This document shows positions 1 through 9,800 of a stretch of DNA of 64,000 bases, piece by piece (position 1 is the stretch's first letter; the number at the start of each line of letters is the position of its first letter). The stretch spans positions 10,647-74,646 of IMG/VR virus record IMGVR_UViG_3300025141_012665; one strand, written 5' to 3'. Under the pieces are notes generated by a model. It searched no databases. It was not told where the DNA came from and saw only the letters and a program-made list of their open reading frames with translations. This DNA comes from a virus. Position numbers and translations under genes: made by a program.

Positions 1-2143
1 CCTCTTCATGGTCACCAAGAGCGCGGAATATGTAATAAAACTTTTTGTTTGGCTTTTGTTTTATTATCTTGCCGATTGAGCCGGCAGTTAGTGCCGTTCT
101 TTCGGCAATATCAGTACTCACAGTCATTAATAATTTATTCTTAAAGTCTGTAATGTCATTTGGGCGTCGAGCCATTCTATAAACCTCGACGAATGCTATA
201 GCACTTGTTGTGTTATAAGAAATTTCTCCGGTTGGTGAGTTTGTCTGAAGAAGATACTGTCTATTGTTTAAATTTTCTCGGTAACTGAATGGGATTGGCT
301 CCTCTAAAGAAGAGCCGATGTTGGAATTAAAGAAGAACATCATCTGATTAGATACGCCCTTATAAGAAATAACATTGACCTCCGGTGGGATCGGAGGAGG
401 AGCCAACACCCTTCCTTTTGCAATAAACAGCGGAATTTCAACGAGCTTTATAATTGGCTCGACTACCGCGTTCATGGAGCCCCATATCCTTCCATCTCCT
501 CCTAGCCACATGTCTTCGGCCGAGGTCAAGTTTTCATATGAATATCTTGCGCCGATGATGGCCCGAAACTCTGTAACGACATATGTGTAATCAACATCAA
601 GCTTAAGCTGCGTATCGATAAATGATAATCTTCTGTTCTCGGCCTGTACGACATCTTCGTCTGTCGAATTATATACATAAAATTCTTGTATAGGAGTGCC
701 CGATGTTGATCTGCCCCTATATTTTCTCACTTTATATAGAACAGACTCTGAATATGCCGACTCTCCTTTCACAATGTCCTCAAAAGTCCTAGTGTGGACC
801 TGCATAAGATCTGTGAATTTTCCTTGCATAGTTGGAATTCCCAAAGCAGCTATCCATTTCTTGTTCCACATATCCTGAATTCTTGCTCCTTCCGGAGGGT
901 TGGCCAAGAAAGAGGAAAGATTTTCCGCGCCGCGGACAGCAAGATCTTCCTGATTTGTGTGCTCAGTGCTGATAAACATCGATGTTGCCGGCAATTTTGA
1001 AGGATTAGTTCCGGCCCAAACAGGGAGATCATACTTCCACCAGTCATTAAGATCCATAGTTAGGAAATTAACAATAAAGTTTTTCGTCTTGTTTGTATTA
1101 TCTCCAGTAAGGTAGTCTATCGAATAAGATAAATTTTCTTTTGAAAGCGATTGAAGTGCGGCAGGCGCGCCGGATCCCTCAACAAAGTCCCTCATGAGGA
1201 CAGAGGCAAGATCTGTTTCTTGAATTGCGCTGGCTATCTCTGAGTCTCTCCCTAGCGGCAAATTAATCTCTGCGTGAAATGGAAACAATTCTTTGTTTCC
1301 TTCAAACGGGGCAATTGTTTTCAATGGATCTCCAACGACCATTTGTGTTTTAAATCTTCTACGCCTTCTCTTTTTTCTTATATTTTTAGCCAATAATTTT
1401 GAGGTGGGGGCCCTGAGATTCATCGGACTATCAGGGTTTTCGGGGTCAACATTGTTGACTTCGTTTTTAAGGTTTGTTACTTGCTCATACAGACTGGGGA
1501 TCGTAACCACCGTTGCTGCCGGACTGCTTAATACTTTCTCATATGCTCGATCACTATAGTTATACTCAAAGGTGACCCCCGCATATTCCGACAAGTCAGA
1601 AGAGCCACCAGCGGCATATGCCTCTTCGTGTGCAATCGGCACTCTCATTTTTGTTGCAAAATCTTCAAAAGTAGTATATCCGCTCGGCGCTTTTACTTGA
1701 TCATATATTTTACTATAAAGAGAGTTTGCCTCGTCTATGTCCTTTGCTCCCTGATCTGACGCGACGGTACCGAAGTAGACCTTTTGTTTAAACTTATAAA
1801 AGTCTGGCTGCTCTTGTTGCTCTGATTCTGGTGAAGTTCCCAATGTATCATCTGACTGATCTATGCCAGAGAAGGGAGCATCGGAACCAAAATCAGATGG
1901 GTCGGCTCCTGATGGGCCCACAGGGGATCCTGCTGGGAGTGTGGTGTCGAGATTGGATTCAGGAAGAGATATTGGATCCTCGAATGTTAGGGTTATAGTC
2001 TTATTCTTCTTCTCGATAAATTGAAAACCAGTTTCCTTAGAATACCAGGAGCCGAAATTCTCCTTGAATTTGTCCTTGTTCGAAGAATCTGTTTCGTTCT
2101 TTAGAAGGCCCTGATTTAATATTGTTACTTTTTTTGAAGACAT
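1..2143 (-). CDS. Large putative virion structural protein, truncated by the window edge (>714 aa; absent from the ORF track)
   Basis: ATG at 2143 overlaps the TAA of the upstream gene (TAATG). Manual translation gives MSSKKVTILNQGLLKNETDSS...QKPNKKFYYIFRALGDHEE, running off position 1 with no stop found. Lies in the structural gene run. Confidence 0.8.
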   Translation of the reverse strand, partial: MSSKKVTILNQGLLKNETDSSNKDKFKENFGSWYSKETGFQFIEKKNKTITLTFEDPISLPESNLDTTLPAGSPVGPSGADPSDFGSDAPFSGIDQSDDTLGTSPESEQQEQPDFYKFKQKVYFGTVASDQGAKDIDEANSLYSKIYDQVKAPSGYTTFEDFATKMRVPIAHEEAYAAGGSSDLSEYAGVTFEYNYSDRAYEKVLSSPAATVVTIPSLYEQVTNLKNEVNNVDPENPDSPMNLRAPTSKLLAKNIRKKRRRRRFKTQMVVGDPLKTIAPFEGNKELFPFHAEINLPLGRDSEIASAIQETDLASVLMRDFVEGSGAPAALQSLSKENLSYSIDYLTGDNTNKTKNFIVNFLTMDLNDWWKYDLPVWAGTNPSKLPATSMFISTEHTNQEDLAVRGAENLSSFLANPPEGARIQDMWNKKWIAALGIPTMQGKFTDLMQVHTRTFEDIVKGESAYSESVLYKVRKYRGRSTSGTPIQEFYVYNSTDEDVVQAENRRLSFIDTQLKLDVDYTYVVTEFRAIIGARYSYENLTSAEDMWLGGDGRIWGSMNAVVEPIIKLVEIPLFIAKGRVLAPPPIPPEVNVISYKGVSNQMMFFFNSNIGSSLEEPIPFSYRENLNNRQYLLQTNSPTGEISYNTTSAIAFVEVYRMARRPNDITDFKNKLLMTVSTDIAERTALTAGSIGKIIKQKPNKKFYYIFRALGDHEE

Positions 2144-5100
2144 TAGTAAGGATCTCCCATAACGATAGGCGCAGGCGCGGCCTCTTCAAAAGTTGGATCA
2201 AGAAGTTCCAAGGCAGTTTTTCCAATCTTCGCGCTGCTTTTCTGCGGTGCGGTCGACCCAAAACTTGTACCAAATTTATTCTCAGCTATCGGTTGACCGG
2301 CCATTTCTGCGGTGCATGTATATTCCGGCTCGATGGCGGGCGCTATGAGTGCTGCGGACAATATTAGTCGCAAAGCTTTATATCCTGTGTTGCTAAAATT
2401 TTCTTGTGCGGACATAAGATCAATGTATGTTCTTCTGGTGGACCCAGTGAAGGTATCAAGTTCTTCATCTTCTGCCGCAGCCTCAGATACGCCCGGTGAT
2501 ATCACAAAAGTTTCATCAAACACTGGAAGATCTAATTTTTTATTGTGTGCAAATCTGATTAAATCATTATCGTATGGTCGTTGCCGGCACATCAATACGC
2601 GATTATTACTCTTGGCCTCTGATAATATCTTTTGAGTCATCGCCTTGAATTTTGGCTTTCCTAGAATATATTCCCCCGTTTGTTTGCTCTTTTTAAACCC
2701 CATAAAAACCTCTATTTTGTTTATCATCTTAAAGTTGTAATACAGCATTGCCTCTAGGCGCGGATCTTTCATAGGATCAGCAGAAAAGAACGAATTCATC
2801 GGCCTCTTAATAAATGGGCGCCCAGAGAAAAAAAGTACTTTATGTTGATTTGGCATCTTGCTCAACAAGCTGGCCACCGTAGCTAGTTCTTCCGGCTTCT
2901 TCCTTGACCGTTTACCTGATTTACTAATTTTTCCGGCCATCTTGCGCTTGGACAAAAGATGCCTCTCTAAAACATTATTTGGATTAGACAAATCAAACGC
3001 CCTAATTCCAAGGGTATCATTTGAGGACATTTTAGATCTACCAAACAATTCATTACCAGACTGTAGGAAACTACCCACAAGCGCAGAAGTAAACTCAGTA
3101 AAATCTCCCATTTCTTCTATATTTTCTTTCTTAAATTGCTCCACAATCACATCGGCGCCTTCGATGTCGTCAGATATCATACTAGAGTTAATTCCAATAA
3201 CATCCTCCGCATCTGCAAAGCCTGAATCGCCTTCTTGATCGTCGTCGTCTTCTTCCTCGGAGTTTATTGATAAACTAAATTCATAATCCTCTGGTGTCGA
3301 TATTGATGTGGAGAACGACATCAATACTTTTGAATTTATAGTATTAACCTTATTTTCTTCTATAAGCATCGATCCTGGATCTTCTGGGTCAAGGTTTGTG
3401 TGCATATTTTTCATTGCAACCAACTTATCTTTCCCTTTGGCCGCGATACCTGGTTTGAACGCTAAAATGGTGGACACGATCTGCTCATAATATTTATAAA
3501 ACCAAAGCATAAGCTGATCAGGGAGCAAAGGAAAAGAGCGTGCCGGACCTAGATTGATATAAGCAGGAGTCAGATAAGAACTTCTAACAGTGGCCCACTC
3601 AATAGAAGATCCTTTAACTTTTGTAGTTGTAGGCATTTTATTCAAATATTTATCATTTTCCTGTCTTATTCTTTTCCTATATTCCTCTACGGACATATGT
3701 CGCACACCAACAAATCTGGTTCTCTCTCCTCCCAGAAAGTCATATCCAGTCTCCTTAAGAATATCACTATCAAAGATTTTTCGGAATCGATGTCTAATAT
3801 ATATCATTGGCTTATCGCTTCTCTTCTGATCGATCTTGCTCTTTTCAGTAAAATCAAGCTCGCCGGTCAAGAGACCCTTTTGTCCCAAGATTCTCTTAAT
3901 CTTGTATTCAAGAGACTGAATTTGATCAATAGTTGTTTCAATTCCTGCTATGGTGCCGGTGGTTGAATTACACAACCTATAGAGCATTGTTGACAATTGC
4001 TCCGCATGCTTGTCCGACATGGTGGTAAGATTAAACAAGCAATCAACATAAGTTGCGACTGGCTTTACCCATGGAGCAGAAACTATGCTCTGACTTAGAA
4101 GTCTGGACCGGTCTGTGGCGCCTGTGGTGAGGACAGACTGTCGAGGCAAAGGATATTTCTTTTCTAGCTGTCTCTGATATGTCTGTTTGAAACCATCAAC
4201 ATTGACATCATAATTAATCGGGAAAGCAGATTCATCGCGATAATTCTCCAGTGCGTCTCGGGCGGCAACAAGCCTTCCCAACATCTCCTTGGCGAATTCA
4301 ACAGTTCCGTCTTCCAATTGGAACCTAATGCTATATTGAAAGGCGCCGTCTGTCCTCAAAGACATGTCATAATCGCTAACAGAAAATGTGCGCACATTTT
4401 TGGTGCCGGCTATCTTGAGTTCTCTGATTGCTCCAATTAATTTTGATTCCGTGTTTAGATCCTCGCTATCTGGATAGGAGCGCCTAGAAGTCAAAGGCAA
4501 AGAGCCAGCATGTTCTTCAGCGGAGATTGCAATCAATTCGGTCCTAGTTTCCCAGTCTACATCTTTTGCGGCTGTTTCGTCCTGTGCCTGTTTAATTCTG
4601 TGCCTGAATATTCTTAAGTTTTTGATTTTGCTTTTGGACAAGATATTTAACTTGGCCTGTTCATCGGCAGTCTCCAACAGTTTCCCAAATTGCGTCTCAA
4701 AGCGAACAATCTTCTCAAAATCCATATGAAACATAAAGTTTGAAGCATTCGACGGAGAACGAGAAAGATAAAGCCCAGACATATACTTTTCTTTTTTACG
4801 AATTTTATTTGCTTCCGGAGTCTTGTGCCTCTTCCCCCTTCTCTTATTCTGTTGCTTCTCTAAAGTATCTGGTCGAAGCTGCAATCTTGCTTCTTTTGCT
4901 TTGTCTAGTAAGCGATAGTCGTCGACAATAAAATTTGGTATTATCTTTTGCACTAGTTGCTCTTGAGGTTGAGATGACGGTGATGCGCCGGAGAAGAACG
5001 CGGAGCCATTGTCGGAGTGTATAGGGCCGGCCCAGATTTGCTTTTTTGATGTTGTATAGACATAGGAATTATTGCTAACAGAACCATCCTTGATTGCAAC

Positions 5101-5760
5101 TTCTGCCGTTGTGTAGCCTTGTATTTCTGACTTAATCTGTTTTGCATATGCGCTTCTGGATGCTGCGACATAACCGGCGTCCAACACAGTCATGGTGAAT
5201 ATCGATAAATGATCAGGATAAAGCTCATCGACAGTAAAACTAACAGAATAGGGAACAGAGTATATCGTCTTTTTTTTGCCGGCGGTGCCTCTTCTTTGGC
5301 TTTTAAGTTCTATAGAGCCAGATTTTTTAAGTGCAATGATTTTTTCTTCAATTTGGCTGGAGGTCTTGGCTTCACTGAGGGCTAGCGGTCGTACTCCATT
5401 CTTAAGAAATTTACGACCAGTGGCCTTATCTTTGCACAATATTACACGAATGTTCAAGTATCTTAAAAGCTCATCGTTATTAAACCAGAACGGCTGGCCG
5501 TCTGTGCCGTAAGCATCCTTGAGGACCAAATCAACGGTGACCGTCATGTTTCTTGAGCCCTCATATCCTTTTGAGCTTTTTACTCCAGATCTAATCTTCG
5601 CCTTTCCATACTGGTTTTTTGTAATGTTGGTTTTTTGTGATTTGTCGTTCGGGTCTCTCCTGTTCGAACCCACATCCCCCTCAGACAGAGTAATCTTACG
5701 AACATACGCCATCGGCAAAGCGTTGTCGAAAATACTAGAAAGATCTACTTTTGCTGCCAT
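2143..5760 (-). CDS. Large hypothetical protein (1205 aa), probable virion component
   Basis: Long intact ORF in the structural module, preceded by an ACTATTTA motif. No recognisable catalytic motif. Confidence 0.75.
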   Translation of the reverse strand: MAAKVDLSSIFDNALPMAYVRKITLSEGDVGSNRRDPNDKSQKTNITKNQYGKAKIRSGVKSSKGYEGSRNMTVTVDLVLKDAYGTDGQPFWFNNDELLRYLNIRVILCKDKATGRKFLKNGVRPLALSEAKTSSQIEEKIIALKKSGSIELKSQRRGTAGKKKTIYSVPYSVSFTVDELYPDHLSIFTMTVLDAGYVAASRSAYAKQIKSEIQGYTTAEVAIKDGSVSNNSYVYTTSKKQIWAGPIHSDNGSAFFSGASPSSQPQEQLVQKIIPNFIVDDYRLLDKAKEARLQLRPDTLEKQQNKRRGKRHKTPEANKIRKKEKYMSGLYLSRSPSNASNFMFHMDFEKIVRFETQFGKLLETADEQAKLNILSKSKIKNLRIFRHRIKQAQDETAAKDVDWETRTELIAISAEEHAGSLPLTSRRSYPDSEDLNTESKLIGAIRELKIAGTKNVRTFSVSDYDMSLRTDGAFQYSIRFQLEDGTVEFAKEMLGRLVAARDALENYRDESAFPINYDVNVDGFKQTYQRQLEKKYPLPRQSVLTTGATDRSRLLSQSIVSAPWVKPVATYVDCLFNLTTMSDKHAEQLSTMLYRLCNSTTGTIAGIETTIDQIQSLEYKIKRILGQKGLLTGELDFTEKSKIDQKRSDKPMIYIRHRFRKIFDSDILKETGYDFLGGERTRFVGVRHMSVEEYRKRIRQENDKYLNKMPTTTKVKGSSIEWATVRSSYLTPAYINLGPARSFPLLPDQLMLWFYKYYEQIVSTILAFKPGIAAKGKDKLVAMKNMHTNLDPEDPGSMLIEENKVNTINSKVLMSFSTSISTPEDYEFSLSINSEEEDDDDQEGDSGFADAEDVIGINSSMISDDIEGADVIVEQFKKENIEEMGDFTEFTSALVGSFLQSGNELFGRSKMSSNDTLGIRAFDLSNPNNVLERHLLSKRKMAGKISKSGKRSRKKPEELATVASLLSKMPNQHKVLFFSGRPFIKRPMNSFFSADPMKDPRLEAMLYYNFKMINKIEVFMGFKKSKQTGEYILGKPKFKAMTQKILSEAKSNNRVLMCRQRPYDNDLIRFAHNKKLDLPVFDETFVISPGVSEAAAEDEELDTFTGSTRRTYIDLMSAQENFSNTGYKALRLILSAALIAPAIEPEYTCTAEMAGQPIAENKFGTSFGSTAPQKSSAKIGKTALELLDPTFEEAAPAPIVMGDPY

Positions 5761-5782
5761 GACCTAATTGTTCCTCTTGTTG

Positions 5783-5790
5783 TAAATAGT
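5783..5790 (-). promoter_or_regulatory. Candidate phage late promoter ACTATTTA
   Basis: + strand TAAATAGT in a 46-bp intergenic gap, 23 nt upstream of the 5760 start. The same 8-mer lies in two other intergenic gaps. Confidence 0.5.
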
Positions 5791-5806
5791 AACTCGCACA
5801 TTAATA

Positions 5807-6847
5807 CTAGCAGTCTTCTCCGTCAGCATCGCTACCATAAATATCGATAGTAAGCACATCTTTTAGATCTGGACAATCAAAATCGATGCCGCAAGGGGAG
5901 TAAAAACTTCTCCCTTGTTTCTTCATTCTAGTAATGGAACTACAGATAACATTTTTTCCTATTTCATCATCGACATCTACATTAAAGTAATATTCTACAA
6001 ATGACGGATCCTTTTCAATTGTATGTCCCTTTGTGCGGCCAGCTTTCTGCCTAGCCTCTTTTGGATCCAGTAAGATATTGTTCTCGACCATCTCTATTGG
6101 TTTAATGAAGGAAAGAGGAATGAGCACTTCTTCCCCCAGAGAGCCTGTTAGTCCAGTCATCTCAAACACTTCAACATCAAAGTTTCTATTATCACATGTG
6201 GCATTTCCTTCTTCGACCAGCAATAGCATTTCGTCAGCACCAACAACCACAGAGAGACCATTATTATAAACTTTTTGTGATGAAAGTGCCGGATCCACCC
6301 TGAATCTAGTAAAAGAATCTTCTGGGTCAACTACAGCCACCTTATATTCGATTGAAGCGTCGACTTGAGGAATCTTTAATAACTGATTTGAGTAGGTTGT
6401 AGAGCCTGTAGTGATGTTTTTTGTACGCAAAGTACCAGTCATATAGTTGATTGAACTGTTAAAAGAATCTCCCTTTAAGCAAGTTAAAGAAAAATAAGGC
6501 ATCTTTGTCGATCCCAAATCACTAGTCCCAAGTGGCTCTGGAAGGGTGAATAGCTTCTCGTAAGTGGCTAGTTCTTTTCTATCTTCGATGTCTCCAACGC
6601 CATCAAAAAGGAACTCGTCCCTTCCTGTGAAACAATGACGGGGTTTCAGCCATGGCGTTTCTTCTTGTATTCTGGCCTCAGCGCTGTTTTTGTCCTCGTG
6701 CATTCCTGCGTGCTTAAAATCATAGGTGACTCCTTCGTCAAAAAATGCATAATAAACTGGCTTCATCTTTCCCTTAGATAGGAGATGCCTACCATATTGG
6801 GTAAGTTGAATGTCTAAAACTTCTTCTTTTGGATTAAAAAATGTCAT
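5807..6847 (-). CDS. Phage structural-module protein (346 aa)
   Basis: N-terminus MTFFNPKEEVLDIQLTQYGRHLLSKGK resembles the 'LT..GR..L' N-termini of baseplate/tail-fibre-associated proteins. Coupled to the upstream gene (TAATG). Confidence 0.6.
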   Translation of the reverse strand: MTFFNPKEEVLDIQLTQYGRHLLSKGKMKPVYYAFFDEGVTYDFKHAGMHEDKNSAEARIQEETPWLKPRHCFTGRDEFLFDGVGDIEDRKELATYEKLFTLPEPLGTSDLGSTKMPYFSLTCLKGDSFNSSINYMTGTLRTKNITTGSTTYSNQLLKIPQVDASIEYKVAVVDPEDSFTRFRVDPALSSQKVYNNGLSVVVGADEMLLLVEEGNATCDNRNFDVEVFEMTGLTGSLGEEVLIPLSFIKPIEMVENNILLDPKEARQKAGRTKGHTIEKDPSFVEYYFNVDVDDEIGKNVICSSITRMKKQGRSFYSPCGIDFDCPDLKDVLTIDIYGSDADGEDC

Positions 6848-9800
6848 TATAAGTTGCCTCCACCGGTGATGCTGTGGCTGGTACCAGTACTGGTGGTTTT
6901 CAAGAAATGAGTTCCATGCTCTCTGTCTCTGGCCGTGGGGATTACAGCATTGTTAATCCAGTTTCCCTGTTGCCGCCAGAGGATAGGTTCCACTTTTTCA
7001 GCAATGGCTTCGGGGTATCTAGCATAGAGATATCCGGAGCCGGCGGCGGACAACGCTGAGGACACCGCGGCTAGGCCCATGATTAGGACGCCGGCGGCGC
7101 CACCGGTCATGATGGCCGCGACGGTACCCCCGATAATGATAAGAATAGAGGAGAGGAGAGAAGTAAAGCTACCCCAATTGAACTCGTCGACGCCTTCATC
7201 GATGGCGAGGTCGTTAGCATAATCATCCCATACGCCGGTGAGGGATTTATTGGAAGAGGCCATGAAGTTGGCCCACTCTGCGGAGCGCTGTGCTTTCTTG
7301 TCTTCGTCTGTGACTAAATTACTGGTGAATGCGCTGATGTTATTGGTGATTCCGGCGGGGCCTGTACTGAGAATGGATTGGAACTGCGCTGCGCCGGCGG
7401 AGGTACCGCCAACTGTGCCTAGTGTCGCGCCAAACCAAGCTTCAGCTTCAGCGTTCAATTTTGCTTGCACTGCATCTTTGAGCTTCATTTCTTCCACTCC
7501 GAACTCAATCTCCGGTTCAAGGCTCGCCATCTCAACAATTGAGCAGAAGTCATATGGCCAGTTATAGCTATACTCCGGTATATCTGCATATGCCGAATGT
7601 TGGGCGTTGCCCATGGTACCAAAATAGTCTGTCTTTGCTCTTTGTTTCGCTTTAAACACCATCCATCTCACCTCTGATTTGATCCCAGAGCGCTCTGTAG
7701 TGGTAGCTTGTAGGTTAGCAACTGACTTCCAATTCCCCATTAATTCATTTGTAAACAGCTCGTGAGAGACTGTTGCTCGCGCCGACTCTGCCTTGACGCC
7801 AAGTTTTGGCGGCAAGTTCTGCCAAATGTGCGAGAGATCATCTTTATCAAGTTTATGCTCGAACTCAAAGATATACATGGCGATTTTCTTGGCTGTATCG
7901 TTTCTAGTGAAATCGAATTTTGGCGGTATAACATATTTTTGCATCTTGATCATCTGATCTGCTATGGATGGGCCTGGCATTACGCCAGAGTCATCAGGTG
8001 GCAGGGTGAAAAACTTTCTCCTTCCTTTTTTAATAATAAACGGTATTGCAACTATAGCTTCCCAAATCTTTTTTGATCCTCGCAATTTGCCGAATTTTTT
8101 AGGGGCAGTACCAAAGCCACAAACATCGATCAATGAACCCATACTTTGAACCGAATAATCCGATCCAAACGCAGAAAAAGATGCTTGGGGCAAATTATAC
8201 TGATTATAATAAGATATTGTTGAGATGTTTGCCGAGGTGAGATTATCATGGATTCGCGGGGTTCGATTGTTGGCGCTTATGATGCCAGCAGGATCATGAA
8301 TCAAGGTTGCGCTTGGATGATTTGCAAGCCAACCATCCGGAATATCAGTAACTTCAAGAAACACACCTTCGTCGGCTTTTGGAAGGCGACCAAATTGATG
8401 CCACATTCCTCTCGGTATGGTGCTGCTAGCATCCAGAGAATCTCGCGGCGTGAAAGTACCATCTGAAGAAGTAACATGGTTAAAATTAAGCATTGGGGTT
8501 TCGAATTTAGACTCGATAGACCAGCGAGTCCCGTCCTGCTTGAAAATGTTCAAACTTGCATCGCCTTGCATTGCCCAATTGTTAATATAGCTCCCGCCGG
8601 CGGGCCCTATTCCAGCCGCGTTGTACCGGTGATAAGAGCTTGGTATCGCTGAACCTAGGTTTCTGCCCAGCTCCTCTTGATCATAGCGCCAATACCTAAC
8701 AAAAGTTCCATCTCCTGGTGTACCTCCATCTCCAGAGTTGAACACGGCGGCGTTGGCCAGAGAGAAAATCTCAGTCATTGTTGGCTGGTATGCTGGATAT
8801 TCGACATCACTTCCAGAGACCATGGCCCATGTGTGCGGCCTGGTCGGGTGGCTGCTGGAAACAGCAACTAATCCCTTGGAGTAGTGCACTATGTCAATCC
8901 ATGATTCTCCATCATAATATGGAGGAGTGTGGGAACCGTATATGCCGTTATCAGAACCAAATTCGAAAATAGATCCACTGGCCCGATACATGCCGGCGTT
9001 GTTGGTGGGCATGACTCCGGCAAGGGGCGGACCGAAAGCAGACGGACGGCTGTACATTGTAAAATTCTCTCTCGGCGTTGCATTGTTGCTCCCCGCGCCC
9101 ATGGCTCGCATCTGCGTGGCCTCGTAATCTCCAATTTCGACGACTTCAGGCTCATATGCGCTAAACAATGCCGCATTTTGTGGAAGTGGAAATTCTCCCC
9201 ATGGACCGGTCGGGGGCTTAACAGAGTTCATACTTCGGCGAATCTTGATTCTCATACCATATGGTCTGCCGGGCGTTATGGACAACCATTCTGACTCTGG
9301 CTTTGATTTAAGCGATGTTGTGGTACCACCTTTCATAAAGAAACTTGTTGTCTCCGCCAAGAAATTGTGCATCATATATTTATATAAATTGTTGCCCCGG
9401 CCGGCCCAGGATGATGTAGCATCCACCCAACAGTAGGGGCTAGGCTCGTCATCGGCGATATTAACATACGACATATAGCGTTCTGGTTCCAGAAGCGCTT
9501 CGAATGGTATTCTCTTATCCCAGCCATGGCCGTGATCGTAGGTTGCAGCTACTGGCCTAGAGTTACTAGCTATAGCAAATGAAGCAGAATAAAGTTGTTG
9601 TTGATATTCGCCGGTTGCGGTGGCGGGATCAGTATAGGCGCTGTTCAGGTCGAAGATGGGCCGTTTGGCGAATGAGCCGGTCATAATCGGGTAATCAACG
9701 GCAATGCCTGATTTGATGGTATTATAAAGGATTCCCGGTGCGAAGAGTGGCGTAACAAATGACCTTAAGGCCGCGGCCTGGGCGCGGTTGGCGCCCGTAT

